NCBI GenBank assembly: GCA_963782525.1
Contig: CAWAKC010000001.1
Coordinates: forward strand, 96,001 to 160,000
Source: Candidatus Bathyarchaeota archaeon
GTDB taxonomy: Archaea; Thermoproteota; Bathyarchaeia; Bathyarchaeales; Bathycorpusculaceae
DNA: 64,000 nt
Reading direction: 5' to 3'
Positions 63,873 to 64,000 of this stretch are shown one piece after another. Positions within the stretch are counted from its first letter, which is position 1; every line of letters starts with the position of its first letter. The notes below the pieces were generated by a model, which saw only the letters and a list, made by a program, of their open reading frames with translations, ran no database searches and was not told the DNA's origin. The position numbers and the translations under genes were made by a program.

Positions 63873-63998
63873 TGGTGGCGGGGGTGGGACTTGAACCCAC
63901 GAAGGCCTGCGCCAGAGGATCTTAAGTCCTCCTCCATATCTTAGGTGTAAATTGTTTTTATCTGGCCACCTATTTAGACCTGGCTCGGATACCCCGCC
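63873..63998 (-). tRNA. tRNA-Leu(TAA) with encoded CCA and a 38-nt intron in the D-arm (63936..63973)
   Basis: Acceptor GGCGGGG/CCCCGCC, anticodon arm GAGGA-CT-TAA-GA-TCCTC, long variable arm, T arm GTGGG-TTCAAGT-CCCAC. Confidence 0.93.
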
Positions 63999-64000
63999 AC

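Noticed and set aside
63440-64000. tRNA-Leu as the attachment site of an integrated element
   Set aside because: No integrase and no duplicated tRNA 3' end were found in the window.

Overview
Archaeal chromosomal segment, most likely Bathyarchaeia. This is an inference from Rpp21-YhbY, a BHB-intron tRNA, a crenarchaeal-type SSB OB fold and general gene style. Blocks: (1) 0.3-0.9 kb, Rpp21/YhbY. (2) ~1-41.6 kb, a very large surface-glycan locus: rmlACBD, a flippase, ugd/galU/uxs, many GT2/GT4/GT-C glycosyltransferases, a UGM-like flavoprotein, a B12-radical SAM enzyme, a processive GT2 with a DUF3131 partner, and gene relics at cassette borders. The 24-37.3 kb part is full of indels, probably long-read errors. 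(3) 43-49.8 kb, a complete bacterial-type NHEJ set: Ku, an unusual LIG-PE fusion and a stand-alone LigD polymerase, with ku-lig tightly coupled to DUF72 and an MBL hydrolase. (4) 53.7-60.9 kb, an intact six-gene Ehr/hydrogenase-4-like membrane complex. Its large subunit lacks NiFe ligands and its small subunit has lost all four canonical Fe-S cysteines. (5) tRNA-Leu(TAA) with a non-canonical D-arm intron. No CRISPR array, rRNA, transposase or integrase was seen. All calls come from motif recognition by eye; no database searches were run.
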